Positions 1 to 12,187 of a stretch of 64,000 bases of DNA are shown here, in pieces. The DNA is from Octopus vulgaris (taxonomy: Eukaryota): the NCBI GenBank assembly GCA_951406725.2, contig OX597821.1, positions 14,508,001 to 14,572,000 on the forward strand, written 5' to 3'. The position numbers and the translations under genes were made by a program. Positions within the stretch are counted from its first letter, which is position 1; every line of letters begins with the position of its first letter. The notes under the pieces were generated by a model, which worked only from the letters and a program-made list of their open reading frames with translations, was not told the origin of the DNA and did not search any database.

Positions 1-973
1 CCTCTTTGCGTATCTCCTCAAACACATGTTCTTTTTTCTGATGATATTTATGCTGACAACATGACTCTAAATAAAGTTCGTCTACACCCCAGTACTCCAA
101 GTCCTCACTGAATGCCAGCACACACATTTCCTCCACCAAGTGAAGTTTTCCAGTGCGGTAAAAGTTGAGGATGGAGGCAAACGATCGAGGATGTCGATCA
201 AAAAAGTATTCATTTTCGGCCAAGCTATAATCGTCACAAAGGTCAACAATTGCATCATGTGTATTACAGTCCCTCAGCTTACCAAGCCGAGTATGAGGCA
301 TGCGGTCAAGAGTGCGCCACAATACCTCATGTTTTACCCCACCCACATTTAGGATAACACGTTTAGAAACTTCCCTACTCCTCAAAATTGAAGCCGGATC
401 AGGAGGGCTTCCTATTGAGGATGTTGCATAGAAGGGTCGTTGCAGGGCCGACGACATGTCTCCTACTCCCACACCTACCACACTACCACTGCCAACACCA
501 CCACTGCCAACTCCTCTGCCACCTCCTTGAATAGGAAGGTTATTGTTGCCTGCAGGAATAAGACTACCTGGAGGTTGCACGACTGCTGGAGACGCTGCTA
601 GCTGTAAAGAACCACTAACACCACTCGTCACTACAGGATCAGCTATTTTCACTTCGGATCGACCTTGTTTAGCACGGAATGATCCTGATGTGGCTGTGGT
701 TGGATCTCCCGCAGTCGTACTAGTTGAAGACAATAATGGTGGAGGATGTTGGTGGTGATGATGATGATGTGAGTGGTGATGTGGAAAATGGTGATGGTGA
801 TCGGATGCCGCTGTGTTGGCCGATGATGTGGGGTCCCTTTTCCGAATTCCTATTGATGTGGGGTGTTGCTGTTGTTGGTGACGGAGCGAGGCGTTTCGAG
901 ATGCTGCCAAGGATGTGGCTGAAGGGAGGTCGCTCCGGCGATCTGAGCTGGCTCCAGAGCTGTGGTAAAACAT
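1..973 (-). CDS. Shab: Kv2 (Shab/KCNB) voltage-gated potassium channel, 5' coding exon (N-terminus + T1 tetramerisation domain); continues beyond position 1
   Basis: Manual translation of the minus strand (codons start at positions 1 mod 3) is open from 973 to 1: [38 protein letters not shown]...[22 protein letters not shown]...[154 protein letters not shown]. The last ~120 aa closely match the Shab/Kv2 T1 domain. The 5' boundary is uncertain: ATG at 973, splice acceptor ttttaccacag| before 959, or internal ATG at 457. Confidence 0.96.
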   Translation of the reverse strand, partial: MFYHSSGASSDRRSDLPSATSLAASRNASLRHQQQQHPTSIGIRKRDPTSSANTAASDHHHHFPHHHSHHHHHHQHPPPLLSSTSTTAGDPTTATSGSFRAKQGRSEVKIADPVVTSGVSGSLQLAASPAVVQPPGSLIPAGNNNLPIQGGGRGVGSGGVGSGSVVGVGVGDMSSALQRPFYATSSIGSPPDPASILRSREVSKRVILNVGGVKHEVLWRTLDRMPHTRLGKLRDCNTHDAIVDLCDDYSLAENEYFFDRHPRSFASILNFYRTGKLHLVEEMCVLAFSEDLEYWGVDELYLESCCQHKYHQKKEHVFEEIRKE

Positions 974-1956
974 GGTTAGAAAAAAATGGTCAGGAGGGCA
1001 TAAACTTAAAAATATTTTAAGGTTAATTTATTATTTTAATTCTACCTAAATTAATTGATATACTTTTTTTTTGTTTTTCCATCAAAGATATTTAGCAGTT
1101 CATTTTAGCATTTTCATTTCATTCCTTCTTAAATTATAAAACTTTAAATTGTCCTCATTAAAATAATGTGTGTTAACCAAGTCGGAAAGCTTCAGTTGTA
1201 AAAAAATGAAATCTTTTATGAAGATCTTCTTCATCTTTGTTTCCTGATTTGAAACTGAGAACTTTACTAGAATTTACTTGAAAGGTTCATGAAATGATGT
1301 CATTTTGATAAATTTGATTAAAATGTTTGCTATTTCTTCACAACTCTTACCAAGTTGGCTCTTTTCAACAAGCATTTAGCTTTGATTAGAATTCAAAATT
1401 TGTGTTTTTTGTATTTATTGCCACATCATTAAGAATATTGAAGATATTGTATGAGTAATATCAGCAATAGAGCAGTACTACCACAATAAATATTGAATGC
1501 TGAACAACATCACACATTATTATATCATATCAAGTAAAATTTAAAAATATGATATGATAGTTGTATAAATAACAGTTTAATGGTGCCATAGAAATAAACA
1601 ATCATTTATAAATGACAAATCAATAAAATGTTTTATGATATAGTAATGAGTGATATTGAAGTACTTCATTTTCCGTAACTAATATATATTTATATAAATA
1701 TAAATCCTAGATATTTAGTAAGGCTGAAAATATTTTCTTGACAAACTTCTCCAGGTAATTTTGTTTATCTTAACTAGTTTATTTCCTGTAGTTAGGACAG
1801 AAGTAGCAGCTAAAATGGAGGGTAGAGTGAGGGTGAGGAGTTTTGGTATTTGCTAAAATCTACACTAAATGTGCAATAGTTGGAGGGTAAACTGAGGTTT
1901 TAGCAAGGATGAAGGCCAGGTACAAAAGCAGGGTGCGACAGCAGGAGTAAAGGTCA

Positions 1957-2072
1957 CGTCACAGATGAGAGGCGGGAACGAATAGCCAACACAACGACTG
2001 TGGTGGCGGAAGGAGAGACGTCGGATAGTCCGGGTATTCCCACCGTTGCCCGAGCTCGCCAAACCACTGGGA
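1957..2072 (-). other. Candidate upstream exon of the Kv2 gene
   Basis: Unique GC-rich, CpG-containing island in AT-rich DNA, preceded on the minus strand by a strong acceptor (cttgttctccttgtcttttgtatgcag|). One frame reads SPSGLASSGNGGNTRTIRRLSFRHHS. The donor is ambiguous (cg|gtggga or ac|gtgacc). Confidence 0.45.
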
Positions 2073-2500
2073 CTGCATACAAAAGACAAGGAGAACAAGT
2101 GTATAGTAATGAAAACAACATTTGCTTATACCAATCATTATTAGGATCTTTCTGGAGCAATCACAAGGTTGGTAGATGGAAGTAGATCATATGACTTATA
2201 AAAGTATAAAATATTATTCATTTCTTTGTAATTTTTTTCTTTTTTAATGCATGTAGCATTGATATCAATAAGGATTCTGTTAATGAATTAGTTATAGTAA
2301 TGATTTATATCATTGATACAAGGCCACAAATTTAAAATTAATTAGATTGACCTCACTCCACCAGTACATGACTGGTACGTAATCACTTCTCAATAGATAG
2401 AAGGTAGTCAGCTATGACAGGATTTTAAATATAAAATTAGAGCATGAAGATTTACATTATTTACATTCAACGGATATTTGTCCTCATCTTGTTTGTTGTT

Positions 2501-2546
2501 AACACAACGTTTCGGCTGATATACCCTCAAGCCTTCATCAGGTGTC
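2501..2546 (-). ncRNA. Minimal type I hammerhead ribozyme motif (best-preserved copy)
   Basis: GACAC-CUGAUGA-A-GGCU...AGCC-GAAAC-GUU-GUGUU: stem I GACAC/GUGUU, conserved core, stem II, palindromic ACGU stem III, GUU cleavage triplet. Confidence 0.7.
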
Positions 2547-2796
2547 TTGGGGAAATTTCAAACCTGGGTTCTCATTCCTAAGGTATTTTTCGATGTTGTT
2601 ATTATTATTATTATTATTGTTCAGGTCCCTGCATTGAATCAAACTCAGAATCTTGGGGTTAGTAGCCCACACTCTTAACTCCAAGATTCCAAACTCAATT
2701 CCAAGCAGTGACCTGAACAATAATAATAATAATAATAATAGCAACAACATCGAAAAATACCTTAGGAATGAGAACCCAGGTTCGAAATTTCCCCAA

Positions 2797-2842
2797 GACA
2801 CCTGATGAAGGCTGGAGAGTATATCAGCTGAAATGCTGTGTT
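2797..2842 (+). ncRNA. Hammerhead ribozyme motif, degenerate
   Basis: gacac-ctgatga-a-ggctg-gagagtatat-cagct-gaaa-tgct-gtgtt; stem III and cleavage triplet are altered. Confidence 0.5.
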
Positions 2843-3224
2843 ATCCACAAATAAGATGAGGACAGATATCTGTAGAATGTAAATAATGTAAATAATGCAC
2901 ATAATTCCTCATCTCTTAAATATAGAACTGTAGAGCATGAAGAGATGAAGCTAAAAACTACAAGGTTTGTAATCCAACATTTTGCTACCTTCTTAAATAA
3001 GGATTTCTTACATCGGTACATGGTTTAAATAGTGGAAGAGCTTAGTTGATTACATCAATTCATTTTGTTGGCCCCAGTGGGGATTAAACTCAAAGCAGAA
3101 GAGCAGCAAAAAAATTTTTAAAAACCAACAAAAAGAGGGAACAATTTTATATCTCACTCCCTTTAAAGCATATAAGTAAATCCTGAAATCTTTACAAATG
3201 CTAGGCATCACAGTTTCATGGCAA

Positions 3225-3265
3225 ACTCACACACATGCATGCATGCACACACACAAAAACACACA

Positions 3266-3321
<56 letters not shown>
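3225..3321. repeat. (CA)n microsatellite
   Basis: Direct read of the CA run. Confidence 0.95.
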
Positions 3322-3323
<2 letters not shown>

Positions 3324-3571
3324 AAATAAAACCTCATCTCAAAGATTAGGCTTCTCCAGTACTATAAAATATTCCAGCTCTTACAAAGCCTAAACTATAT
3401 TTACATTTCAGTTCTACACCCAGTTTAGAATAGCACTGCAACTTTGTATATATACAAGCATCTCTTACCACATCCAAAATAATCTCAAGCTCATAAACGG
3501 CAAAGATTCATATACCAAGAACTTACAAGAAAGTTAGGGAATCCCTTTTCCATAGATGAAATTTGGTCTGT

Positions 3572-3801
3572 GGCAAGCTGGCAGAAACGTTAGCACACCG
3601 GGTGAAATTGCTTAGCGGTATTTTGTCTGCCACTACGTTCTGAATTCAAATTCCACCAAGGTCGACTTTGCTTTTCATCCTTTCGAGGTCGATTAAATAA
3701 GTACCAGTTACACACTGGGGCTGATGTAATCGACTTAATCCTGTTTGTCTGTCCTTGTTTGTCTCCTCAGTGTTTAGCCCCTTGTGGGTAGTAAAGAAAT
3801 A
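3572..3801 (+). mobile_element. SINE family B (tRNA-related head, gtcgactttgcctttcatcctttcg core, agccccttgtgggtagtaaagaaata tail)
   Basis: A/B-box-like motifs, multiple copies in the window, 16-bp TSD gaaatttggtctgtgg (3558-3573, 3802-3817). Confidence 0.85.
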
Positions 3802-4225
3802 GAAATTTGGTCTGTGGACACATTTGAAACCATTCCCAAACAAAGTCTGTGATAAAAGCCAATTTAAGCCCTTAGATCAAAAACAATAATCTGTAAATTT
3901 TAATATGTTTCAAGACTTACTTATTTGTTCAGAACACATGTATCCCTCTTCCACAAGTTGTTACTTTTGTGCATGGAAGTTGCTAAAAAGGTTCCCACAC
4001 TTGATCAAGAACCATTAACTCTTATACATGATATCACTTTTCTCTGCTTTTTCCTATTTTCTATAGCTAAATTGACTTTTGTTGATATGAACTATTTAAG
4101 TAACATACTTGTCGACCCATGACTGCTTAACACAATTTTATCTTTTAAAAGCATCATCATCATCTCTGTATTATCCCCCATTTTTACATCATGACCATCA
4201 TCTCTGTATTATTCTCTTATGCAGA

Positions 4226-4274
<49 letters not shown>

Positions 4275-4359
4275 GCAACAGGTTTCTTTCAGTTTCCATC
4301 TTCCAAATCCACTCACAAAAATTTGATTGGCCCGAGGTAGAAGATTCTTGCCCAAGGTG

Positions 4360-4401
<42 letters not shown>

Positions 4402-4940
4402 GCATATACAAAAATGAGCTGGCATAGTTCTATGGTAAAGAAACTTGCTTCACACTTATATGGTTTTAGGTTTGGCAAGTACGTTCTCCCATAGTTCCAG
4501 GCCAACAAAAGTCTGTGAGTGAATTTGGAGAAGAGTCCTACCATGTGTGTATGTGTGTGTTTGTTGTGTGTGGGAGTATGGAAGTATGGAAGTATTTTGT
4601 CTCCTTGTCTTGAAAACATCAAAAAACACTATCATTACAGAAGTGGTATTTTTCTAATCTTTCATAAAAGTATACTTGCTATAAGCAAATCAGCTGCAAT
4701 GAATCATATGTGACTCATGCAAGCATGGAAAAGCAGGCATTTAAACGATAATGACATTAAATATGAGTGTGTGTTTTACATCAACCAAATTTATTTACAA
4801 GGTATTGGCCAGCAACAGTAGATAGCACTTCCCCAAAGTAGAACACAGTGGATTTGAACCAAAGACCACATAGTTTCAAAATAAGCTTTTCTACCCAACT
4901 GCCATGAAATAATAAGCAATATAAATAATAAACTATATAT

Positions 4941-5151
4941 ACTCTTTTAGTTGTTTCAGTCATTTGACTGCGGCCACGCAGGAGCAGCACTTTTAGTCGA
5001 GCAAATCGACCCCAGGACTTATTCTTTGTAAGCTTAGTACTTATTCTATTGGTTTCTTTTGCCAAACCGCTAAGTTACTGGGACGTAAACACACCAGCAT
5101 TGGTTGTCAAGCAATGCTAGGGGGACAAACATAGACACATAAACACACACA

Positions 5152-5199
<48 letters not shown>

Positions 5200-5369
5200 T
5201 ATATACGACAGGCTTCTTTCAGTTTCCGTCTACCAAATCCACTCACAATGCTTTGGTCGGCCCGGGGCTTTAGTAGAAGACACTTGCCCAAGGTGCCACG
5301 CAGTGGGACTGAACCCGGAACCATGTGGTTGGTAAGTAAGCTACTTACCACACAGCCACTCCTGCGCCT
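4941..5369 (-). mobile_element. SINE family A (tRNA-derived, internal (TA)n(TG)n, (AAAGAGT)n tail)
   Basis: Matches the ~400-bp repeat aggcgcaggagtggctgtgtggtaagtagc...gggttcagtccc...gactgaaacaagtaaaagag, seen about 20 times. Confidence 0.92.
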
Positions 5370-5465
5370 ATTGTATACATAACTACTACATCTCTTTATT
5401 GCTTGCATTGTATCAGAAAGATCTGGAGGTACTTGTTTTAAGCTGCATTATTATTTCAAGAAAAT

Positions 5466-6610
5466 ACAAGGTGGAATTAAAAAGTTCCCAGACTAGTTCT
5501 ATAGTGCACCAACAGATGGCAGCACACAGTTGTGTATGCAGTGAGAGCTAGCAGTGATCTTCAAGATGTGTGCCAAAAGATATTGCTGTGTTTACTTTGC
5601 AGGTTGTGAAATTTGTGCTTTAATGATCATATGTATGCTGTAGTCTGTGATTTTGTCATGGATGGAAAGAAAGAGCTAACATGAAATTTCGCGATAAACT
5701 TGGAAAGTCTGCTACAGAGACAATGAGCAAGCTTTGGCAATGATGATGAAGCAATAGGTCATACACAATATTTCGAGTGGCATAGGCACTTCAAAAGTAG
5801 AAGAAAAGCCCTGGTAGGCGCAGGAGTGGCTGTGTGGTAAGTAGCTTACTTACCAACCACATGGTCCCGGGTTCAGTCCCACTGCGTGGCATCTTGGGCA
5901 AGTGTCTTCTGCTATAGCCCCGGGCCGACCAATGCCTTGTGAGTGGATTTGGTAGACGGAAACTGAAAGAAGCCTGTCATATATATGTATATATATATAA
6001 GTGTGTGTGTCTGTGTTTGTGTGTCTGTGTTTGTCCCCCTAGCATTGCTTGACAACCGATGCTGGTGTATTTACGTCCCGTCACTTAGCGGTTCAGCAAA
6101 AGAGACCGATAGAATAAGTACTGGACTTACAAAGAATAAGTCCCGGGGTCGATTTGCTCGACTAAAGGCGGTGCTCCAGCATGGCCGCAGTCAAGTGACT
6201 GAAACAAGTAAAGAGTAAAGGTGGTATTGTGCATTGAGAATTTGTAAACCAGGGCCAGACCATCAATCAAGAGTGACGTTTTGAAATATTTGAGGGAGAA
6301 CATTTGGTGTAAGTGACTGGGTCTGTGGAATGGGAAGAATTGGCTCATAAGTTTCTCACCAAAAACATGGTATCACTTCCAAACTCACCCTATTTGTCAG
6401 ATTTAATGCCTGTGGAATTCCATCTTTTCCATAATGAAAATGCAGCGTAAAGGTCACTGTTTTAACACCATAATTGAGATCAAAAGTGAACTGCAGAAGG
6501 TCCTCCACTCGCTTACAGAAAACAACTTCCCGGCAGAATTCCAAAAGTGGCAAGGATGCTGGGTCTGGTGTGCAGCTGTACAAGGTGACTATTTCAAAGG
6601 AGATGATGCT
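5466..6610 (+). mobile_element. Degenerate mariner (DD34D-type) transposon interrupted by a SINE A
   Basis: Fragments translate to KLGKSATET..FEWHRHFKS (HTH), GIVH*EFVNQGQTINQE, PYLSDL..F.LF..MKMQRKGHCF...GDYFKGD. Contains stops, frameshifts and deletions. Confidence 0.85.
5816..6220 (+). mobile_element. SINE family A
   Basis: Full-length copy nested in the mariner relic. Confidence 0.92.
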
Positions 6611-8247
6611 GGCATGGAATGGATGGCTTCACAGGAACTGATAAGGTCAGGGGATGCATCAGGTTCCATTGTCAGTTTTGGCTTGGTTTCTATAGCTGGA
6701 TGTTCTTCCTAATGCCAACCACATTTTATGTGGCACTAGCACCCACACCAATGCTTTTACATGGTACTTTGGTTTTAGGACACACACACACACACACACA
6801 TATATTAGCAGGCTTCCACACAGTTTTTACCACATTCATTCACTGACATTGGTCGGCTCAGAGCAATTTTAGAAAACACTTTCTCAGAGTGCCATGCAGT
6901 GGTACTAAACCAGAAAAAACATTATTGCAAAGCAAGCTGTTAAACCACAACTTTGGTTATGAACTTAAAAATTGTAATCTAGTAAGCTTTAAAAATAAAT
7001 TTGTTTATAGATCCATAAAAGTCTGGTGATGTCTCACTGCAAAATGAGGTCTGTACTATTTTTGCTGTTCTGATCACAATAATGATTGACTATCATTACT
7101 TAAGACAATTCTATACATGAAAATAATTATCAAATTAGCCAGGAATTAATCAAAGAACAAATGGCACAAACAATGAATTGGCTCCTAACATTAAAGTAAG
7201 CAAATGTTTTTACATCATTAGTAGATGAGTATCGTTAATGAATAGTAATTACAGATTAAATATGTCCGGAAATAGAAAGAATACCTTGTTGCAGGAAATT
7301 GGTTGAAATTAGAAATGCTTGCTTTTCAAGATACTCGGGTACTTTTATGCATCCAAAAATGTATGCATTGTCGAGTTAACGACTTGACTTATGGACCTGA
7401 TACATGTAAAATGATCTACTCATTTTTATAGTATAAACTACCAGTAAATACTATCAAGCAGATATGTACTTGTTGAATGATAAATGTGTTAACTTTGTCT
7501 CAGTATTTAAAAATCATGGTCAGTGCTACACTCTAGGCAAACCAAACAATTACCTAGGATGTTGAAATCTGAGGGCCTTGCACAAATTATGAACAGCATC
7601 GACAAAAATTCTTAATCAAACTAACAAAAAAAAAAAAAGCCAATTTTTGAAGAACATTGGAAGAGAAAATAAAAATAAAAATCTACCCCAAATATCTTTT
7701 TAACATTAACCTTAGTATCAAGGAAGAATTGAGGGAGTTGTTTCAGGAGTGTTTTAGTAGTAAAAGAATATTGAATTATTACCTACTGAAATATTATACA
7801 CTTGCTTTTGGCTGAGTTCACCAGAGAGTTACAACTTGGGGATGGATGGGTGGTGAGTATATACTGATTAAGACTGGCTTTGAGTGTTGAATACCCAAGT
7901 GTTGGCCATGATTGTAAGCATTTAGTTACAATGGCCAACCACTGAATCATAGCAGTTTACTGTTTGAAATCTTTTCCTGTTTGGTTCAGTTTATTTAGTT
8001 AAGCTACTAACTGACACATACTGGCAAAATAAATATCACATTTAAATCAGATATCAACAAGGATATAGCATATTCTTAGACTATAAATATAATAGTCAAA
8101 GATATAAATATAAGAAACAAACAGTTTCTATTGTAACAAACAGTCAAGTATGTTTTAGTTTTATGTCTTTTATTTAGTATTTAATTCTTCTTTTATAGTA
8201 TTTCTGCTGAAATTGTTTCAATCAATGTTGTAAAAAAAAAAATGAAG

Positions 8248-8666
8248 AGGCACAGGAGTGGCTGTGTGGTAAGTAGCTTGTTTACCAACCACATGGTTCC
8301 GGGTTCAGTCCCACTGCGTAGCACCTTGGGCAAGTGTCTTCTACTATAGCCTCGGGCCGACCAAAGCCTTGTGAGTGGATTTGGTAGACGGAAACTGAAA
8401 GAAGCCCGTCGTATATATGTATATATATATATGTGTGTGTGTGTGTGTTTGTGTGTCTGTGTTTGTTCCCTAGCATTGCTTGACAACCGATGCTGGTGTG
8501 TTTATGTCCCCGTTACTTAACGGTTCGGCAAAAGAGACCGATAGAATAAGTACTGGGCTTACAAAAAGAATAAGTCCCGGGGTTGAGTTGCTCGATTAAA
8601 GGCGGTGCTCCAGCATGGCCACAGTCAAATGACTGAAACAAGTAAAACGAGTAAAAAAATAGAGTA
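8248..8666 (+). mobile_element. SINE family A
   Basis: Full-length copy. Confidence 0.92.
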
Positions 8667-9026
8667 AATTATTAAAATTATTAAACTGATGTTTGAAATG
8701 TAACATAAAATTTTTATGACAGTCTTAATTTAGACCAGTTTGAAATAGACTCTTTGAATCATAGAATTAGGAGCAGTTCGAAGCTGCCTCTGATTCTATG
8801 ATACCACCATAGTATCAAAGAGGATTTATTAGTTCTATCAAAGCCAAAGTTTACACAATCAGGGCTTACAAGAACTTCCCAACTAATTATTCAGCTAACT
8901 AATTGTTACCAGCGTCTGTATTTGTAGTCTCAATTAATTAGGCTGTTATGGTTTCCAAAAGGATCTATAATGCCCTCCTAGAAGAGATGTTATAATCCAT
9001 GAAGCAGATAGTGATTTTAGATTTAA

Positions 9027-9421
9027 CTAGCAGTATCGCCCGGCATTGCTCGGGTTTGTAAGGGGAATAACTATATAAGCATTTTCAGAAATGTAAAATA
9101 TAATAGCCATCTCAATATGGCTAACCACAAAGCGGGGTGTTACTGTAGCTTTTTACGTTCTGAGATTTAATAATAAATTTTTAGAGAGTTACTTCCCTTA
9201 TATAATAGAAAAAAAATGCATTAAAAATGGGAAAAATTGATGGTAAATTTTTTTAAAAATCGTAGACTCATCGTAGACGCGTGCTAATACCCAGAAGGGC
9301 TCGATATGAATCACGACTATAAGATACCCGGTTTTGGTTACACTGCACTGCAAAATGTGGGAGTAGTTAGGAATCTAAATCGTAGGAGACAGACACACAA
9401 CTTCACTTTTATATATAAAGA
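9027..9421 (-). mobile_element. Non-autonomous Helitron
   Basis: Minus strand reads A|TC...hairpin cccgagcaatgccggg...CTAG|T; homologous copy at 40799-41186. Confidence 0.85.
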
Positions 9422-9879
9422 TTACAGCCATTATTTGTGCTAATAGTTTGACAGTATCATACTAAGTATCCAAATGTTTTCATTGTTCAGTAGTAAAAAA
9501 GGCTAGGAAACACTACTACTCCATTATAAAGAAACAAATGTAAGATAGATTAAATGTAAATAACAACATTGTAGGTTATTAAATTGCTGAATCAGAGTTT
9601 CTTCCCAGAAAGCTTCGGATATCTGCACATGTCTATGGAAGTTGGTGCATCCGTTAAGTTACTCTAAAGTTGAAAATAATTTTATACTTATTTGATGTTT
9701 TTGTTAATAAAGATGTTTTGAGTGATGGTTGATTGTGAGCATTATATGAGTGAGGAAAAAATAAAATGATAAAGATGTAAAAATTATACATTGCTTGATG
9801 CATAAACATATAGAATGATGTGCATAAACAAGCACATCTCTCTCTCTCTCTCCACACACACACACACACATATATATAT

Positions 9880-10033
9880 AGGAGTGGCTGTGTGGTAAGT
9901 AGCTTGCTTACCAACCACATGGTTCTGGGTTCAGTCCCACTGCGCGGCACCTTGGGCAAGTGTCTTCTACTATAGCCTCAGGCCAACCAAAGTCTTGAGA
10001 GTGAACTTGGTAGATGGGAACTGAAAGAAGCCC

Positions 10034-10095
<62 letters not shown>

Positions 10096-10304
10096 TATAT
10101 TTGTGTGTGTCTGTTAGTCCCCCTCCACCATTGCTTGACAACTGATGTTGGTGCATTTACGTCTTTGTAGCTTAGTGGTTCAGCAAAGGAGACCAATAAA
10201 ATAAATACTAGGCTTACAAAGAAGAAGTCTTGAGGTCGATTTGTTCGACTAAAGGTGGAGCTCCAGCATGGCCACAGTCAAATGACTGGAACAAGTAAAA
10301 GAGA
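9880..10304 (+). mobile_element. SINE family A with expanded (TA)n
   Basis: Slightly diverged copy. Confidence 0.9.
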
Positions 10305-10719
10305 ATATATATATATATATATATATATCTCATATGGTTTAATTTAAAATTTCTGGAGGAGGGATATTCATTTTCTTGGTGAATCAGGTAGTAGGGGAAA
10401 GTGTCATCCTAGAAATAGTATAGTATCATCATTATCTCTGAGTGCAGCAAAGTCAAAGGAAGATGCACAAGTGAGAAGAAACTACAAAGTTATCAATCTT
10501 TTGACTAAGAAATGAAAGCTATGTTAAGAAATGCAGTGCAACTGATTAAGAAGTGGATTAATCTAGATGAGATACAGTTCAGCTTTGTGCCATGAAAGAG
10601 TAGTACTAATACTAACTTCTTAGTAAGACGAATTCCATGCTCAGTAATTTGCTGGTAACCGAAGAAGCTAGGAGTAGATGAATGTTTTATGACAGATGTT
10701 AGTATTAGTACTACTTTTT

Positions 10720-10989
10720 TTTGCGCAAACTGCACGTGCATTTTTCTCGCGTATGCGTTGTATTGATCGCAACAGCTGATGAACTTGCTCATACAAATGC
10801 ACGTTCCCACGGTTTTATCGATCGCATTCTCACCTGGAATCGGTTTTTTGTAATTTTTTCAAGACTTATACATGCCCTGATACCGTCTGTATCTACGTAT
10901 CAAATTTGAGCGCAATCGGATGGAGGATACACGAGATCCTAGAAGACACGCACACAGACAGACAGAACGGATTTTATATAATAGAAGAT
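10720..10989 (-). mobile_element. Helitron-like fragment (second family, 5' end)
   Basis: Minus strand starts a|tcttctattatataaaatccgttctgtctgtctgtg, the same architecture as the 5' end of the Helitron above. CpG-rich; no 3' CTAG hairpin seen. Confidence 0.55.
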
Positions 10990-11810
10990 ATCGTCGTCAT
11001 CATCATTTTAATGTCCCCTTTTCCATACCTGCTTTGCACGGGTTAGACAGAATAAGCTGAAGCAGATTTCTACATCTGGAGGATCTTTCTTTCAACATCC
11101 TTCTTTTGCCTTTAAGCAAGGTAATATTTTACCTTGTCCAGACATGTTTGCAAGGAAGATATTAAACAAATGATATCACATATTTCATAGTGACATTTGT
11201 TTACAATTTGCATGTATTTTATCAAGATAGGGAGTCATACACACACAACACATGCACACACGCACACACACACAACACAGATACACACACATACACACAC
11301 ACATAGATGCATGTGCACACACACACACACAAACAACACAGATACACACACATTTATATATGTAAACATAGGACCTGCTTCTTTTAGTGTCCATCTACCA
11401 AATCTACTCATGTTAGCTCAAGCCTACAGTAGGAGACACTTGACCATGGTGCTGTGCAGTGGGATTGAGCCTGAAACCATTTGGCTGTGAAATACATTTC
11501 TTAATCACACCACCATACCACTGTGTGTGTGTTTATAAAGAGAATGCATAAGAAATTGCTAAGGTGATTTTAAAGTTGCTTCAATAAATGTCCGTTAATT
11601 TATTCTTTCAGTTCAATAATATAATCAATCAGCTATCAATATGTTCATACTATAGGGTTCAACACTTGAATTACTACCATCACAGGGTTCATAGATGACC
11701 TGGTCAGTGCATGAGAATATGAGATGTAATTTTAGGTTGACCGTTTCATGACATTAGCACATATGAGATTGACAGGAGAAAGTAACACATGCAACTACTA
11801 ACTTAGAAGT

Positions 11811-12187
11811 GGATGGAAGCACTCCGTCGGTTACGACGATGAGGGTTCCGAATCAATGGAACAGCCTGCTCGTGAAATTAATGTGTAAGTGGCTGAGCAC
11901 TCCACAGACACGTGTACCCTTAACGTAGTTCTCGGGGATATTCAGCATGACACAGAGTGTGACAAGGCTGGCCCTTTGAAATACAGGTACAACAGAAACA
12001 GAAAGTAAGAGTGAGAGAAAGTTGTGGTGAAAGAGTACAGCAGGGTTCACCACCATCCCTGCCGGAGCCTCGTGGAGCTTTAGGTGTTTTCGCTCAATAA
12101 ACACTCACAACGCCTGGTCTGGGAATCAAAACCGCGATCCTATGACTGCGAGTCTGCTGCCCTAACCACTGGGCCATTGTGCCTCCA
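11811..12187 (-). mobile_element. SINE family C (tRNA-Arg-like head, anticodon TCG)
   Basis: Head gtggaggcacaatggcccagtggttagggcagc.gactcgc...gattcccagacc; ~14-bp TSD actaacttagaagt (11797-11810, 12187-12200). Confidence 0.9.

Larger units (their letters stand above)
2451..2930. mobile_element. Palindromic tRNA-headed, hammerhead-containing element (family E), copy 1
   Basis: Two inverted ~230-250 bp arms, each with a partial tRNA-like head, an (AAT)n linker and a CTGATGA...GAAA motif. The whole unit is flanked by a 13-bp direct repeat tagagcatgaaga (2438-2450, 2931-2943). Confidence 0.85.

Noticed and set aside
140-1020. Plus-strand ORFs 140-352, 543-758 and 724-1020
   Set aside because: Antisense shadows of the minus-strand Kv2 exon.
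8193-8486. Recurrent ORFs [15 protein letters not shown]... / [15 protein letters not shown]...PEPCGW throughout the window
   Set aside because: Antisense translations of SINE A; not a protein family.
10775-10800. ctgatga at about 10776 (also about 12501 and 44695-44701 minus)
   Set aside because: No downstream stem II-GAAA-UH arrangement.
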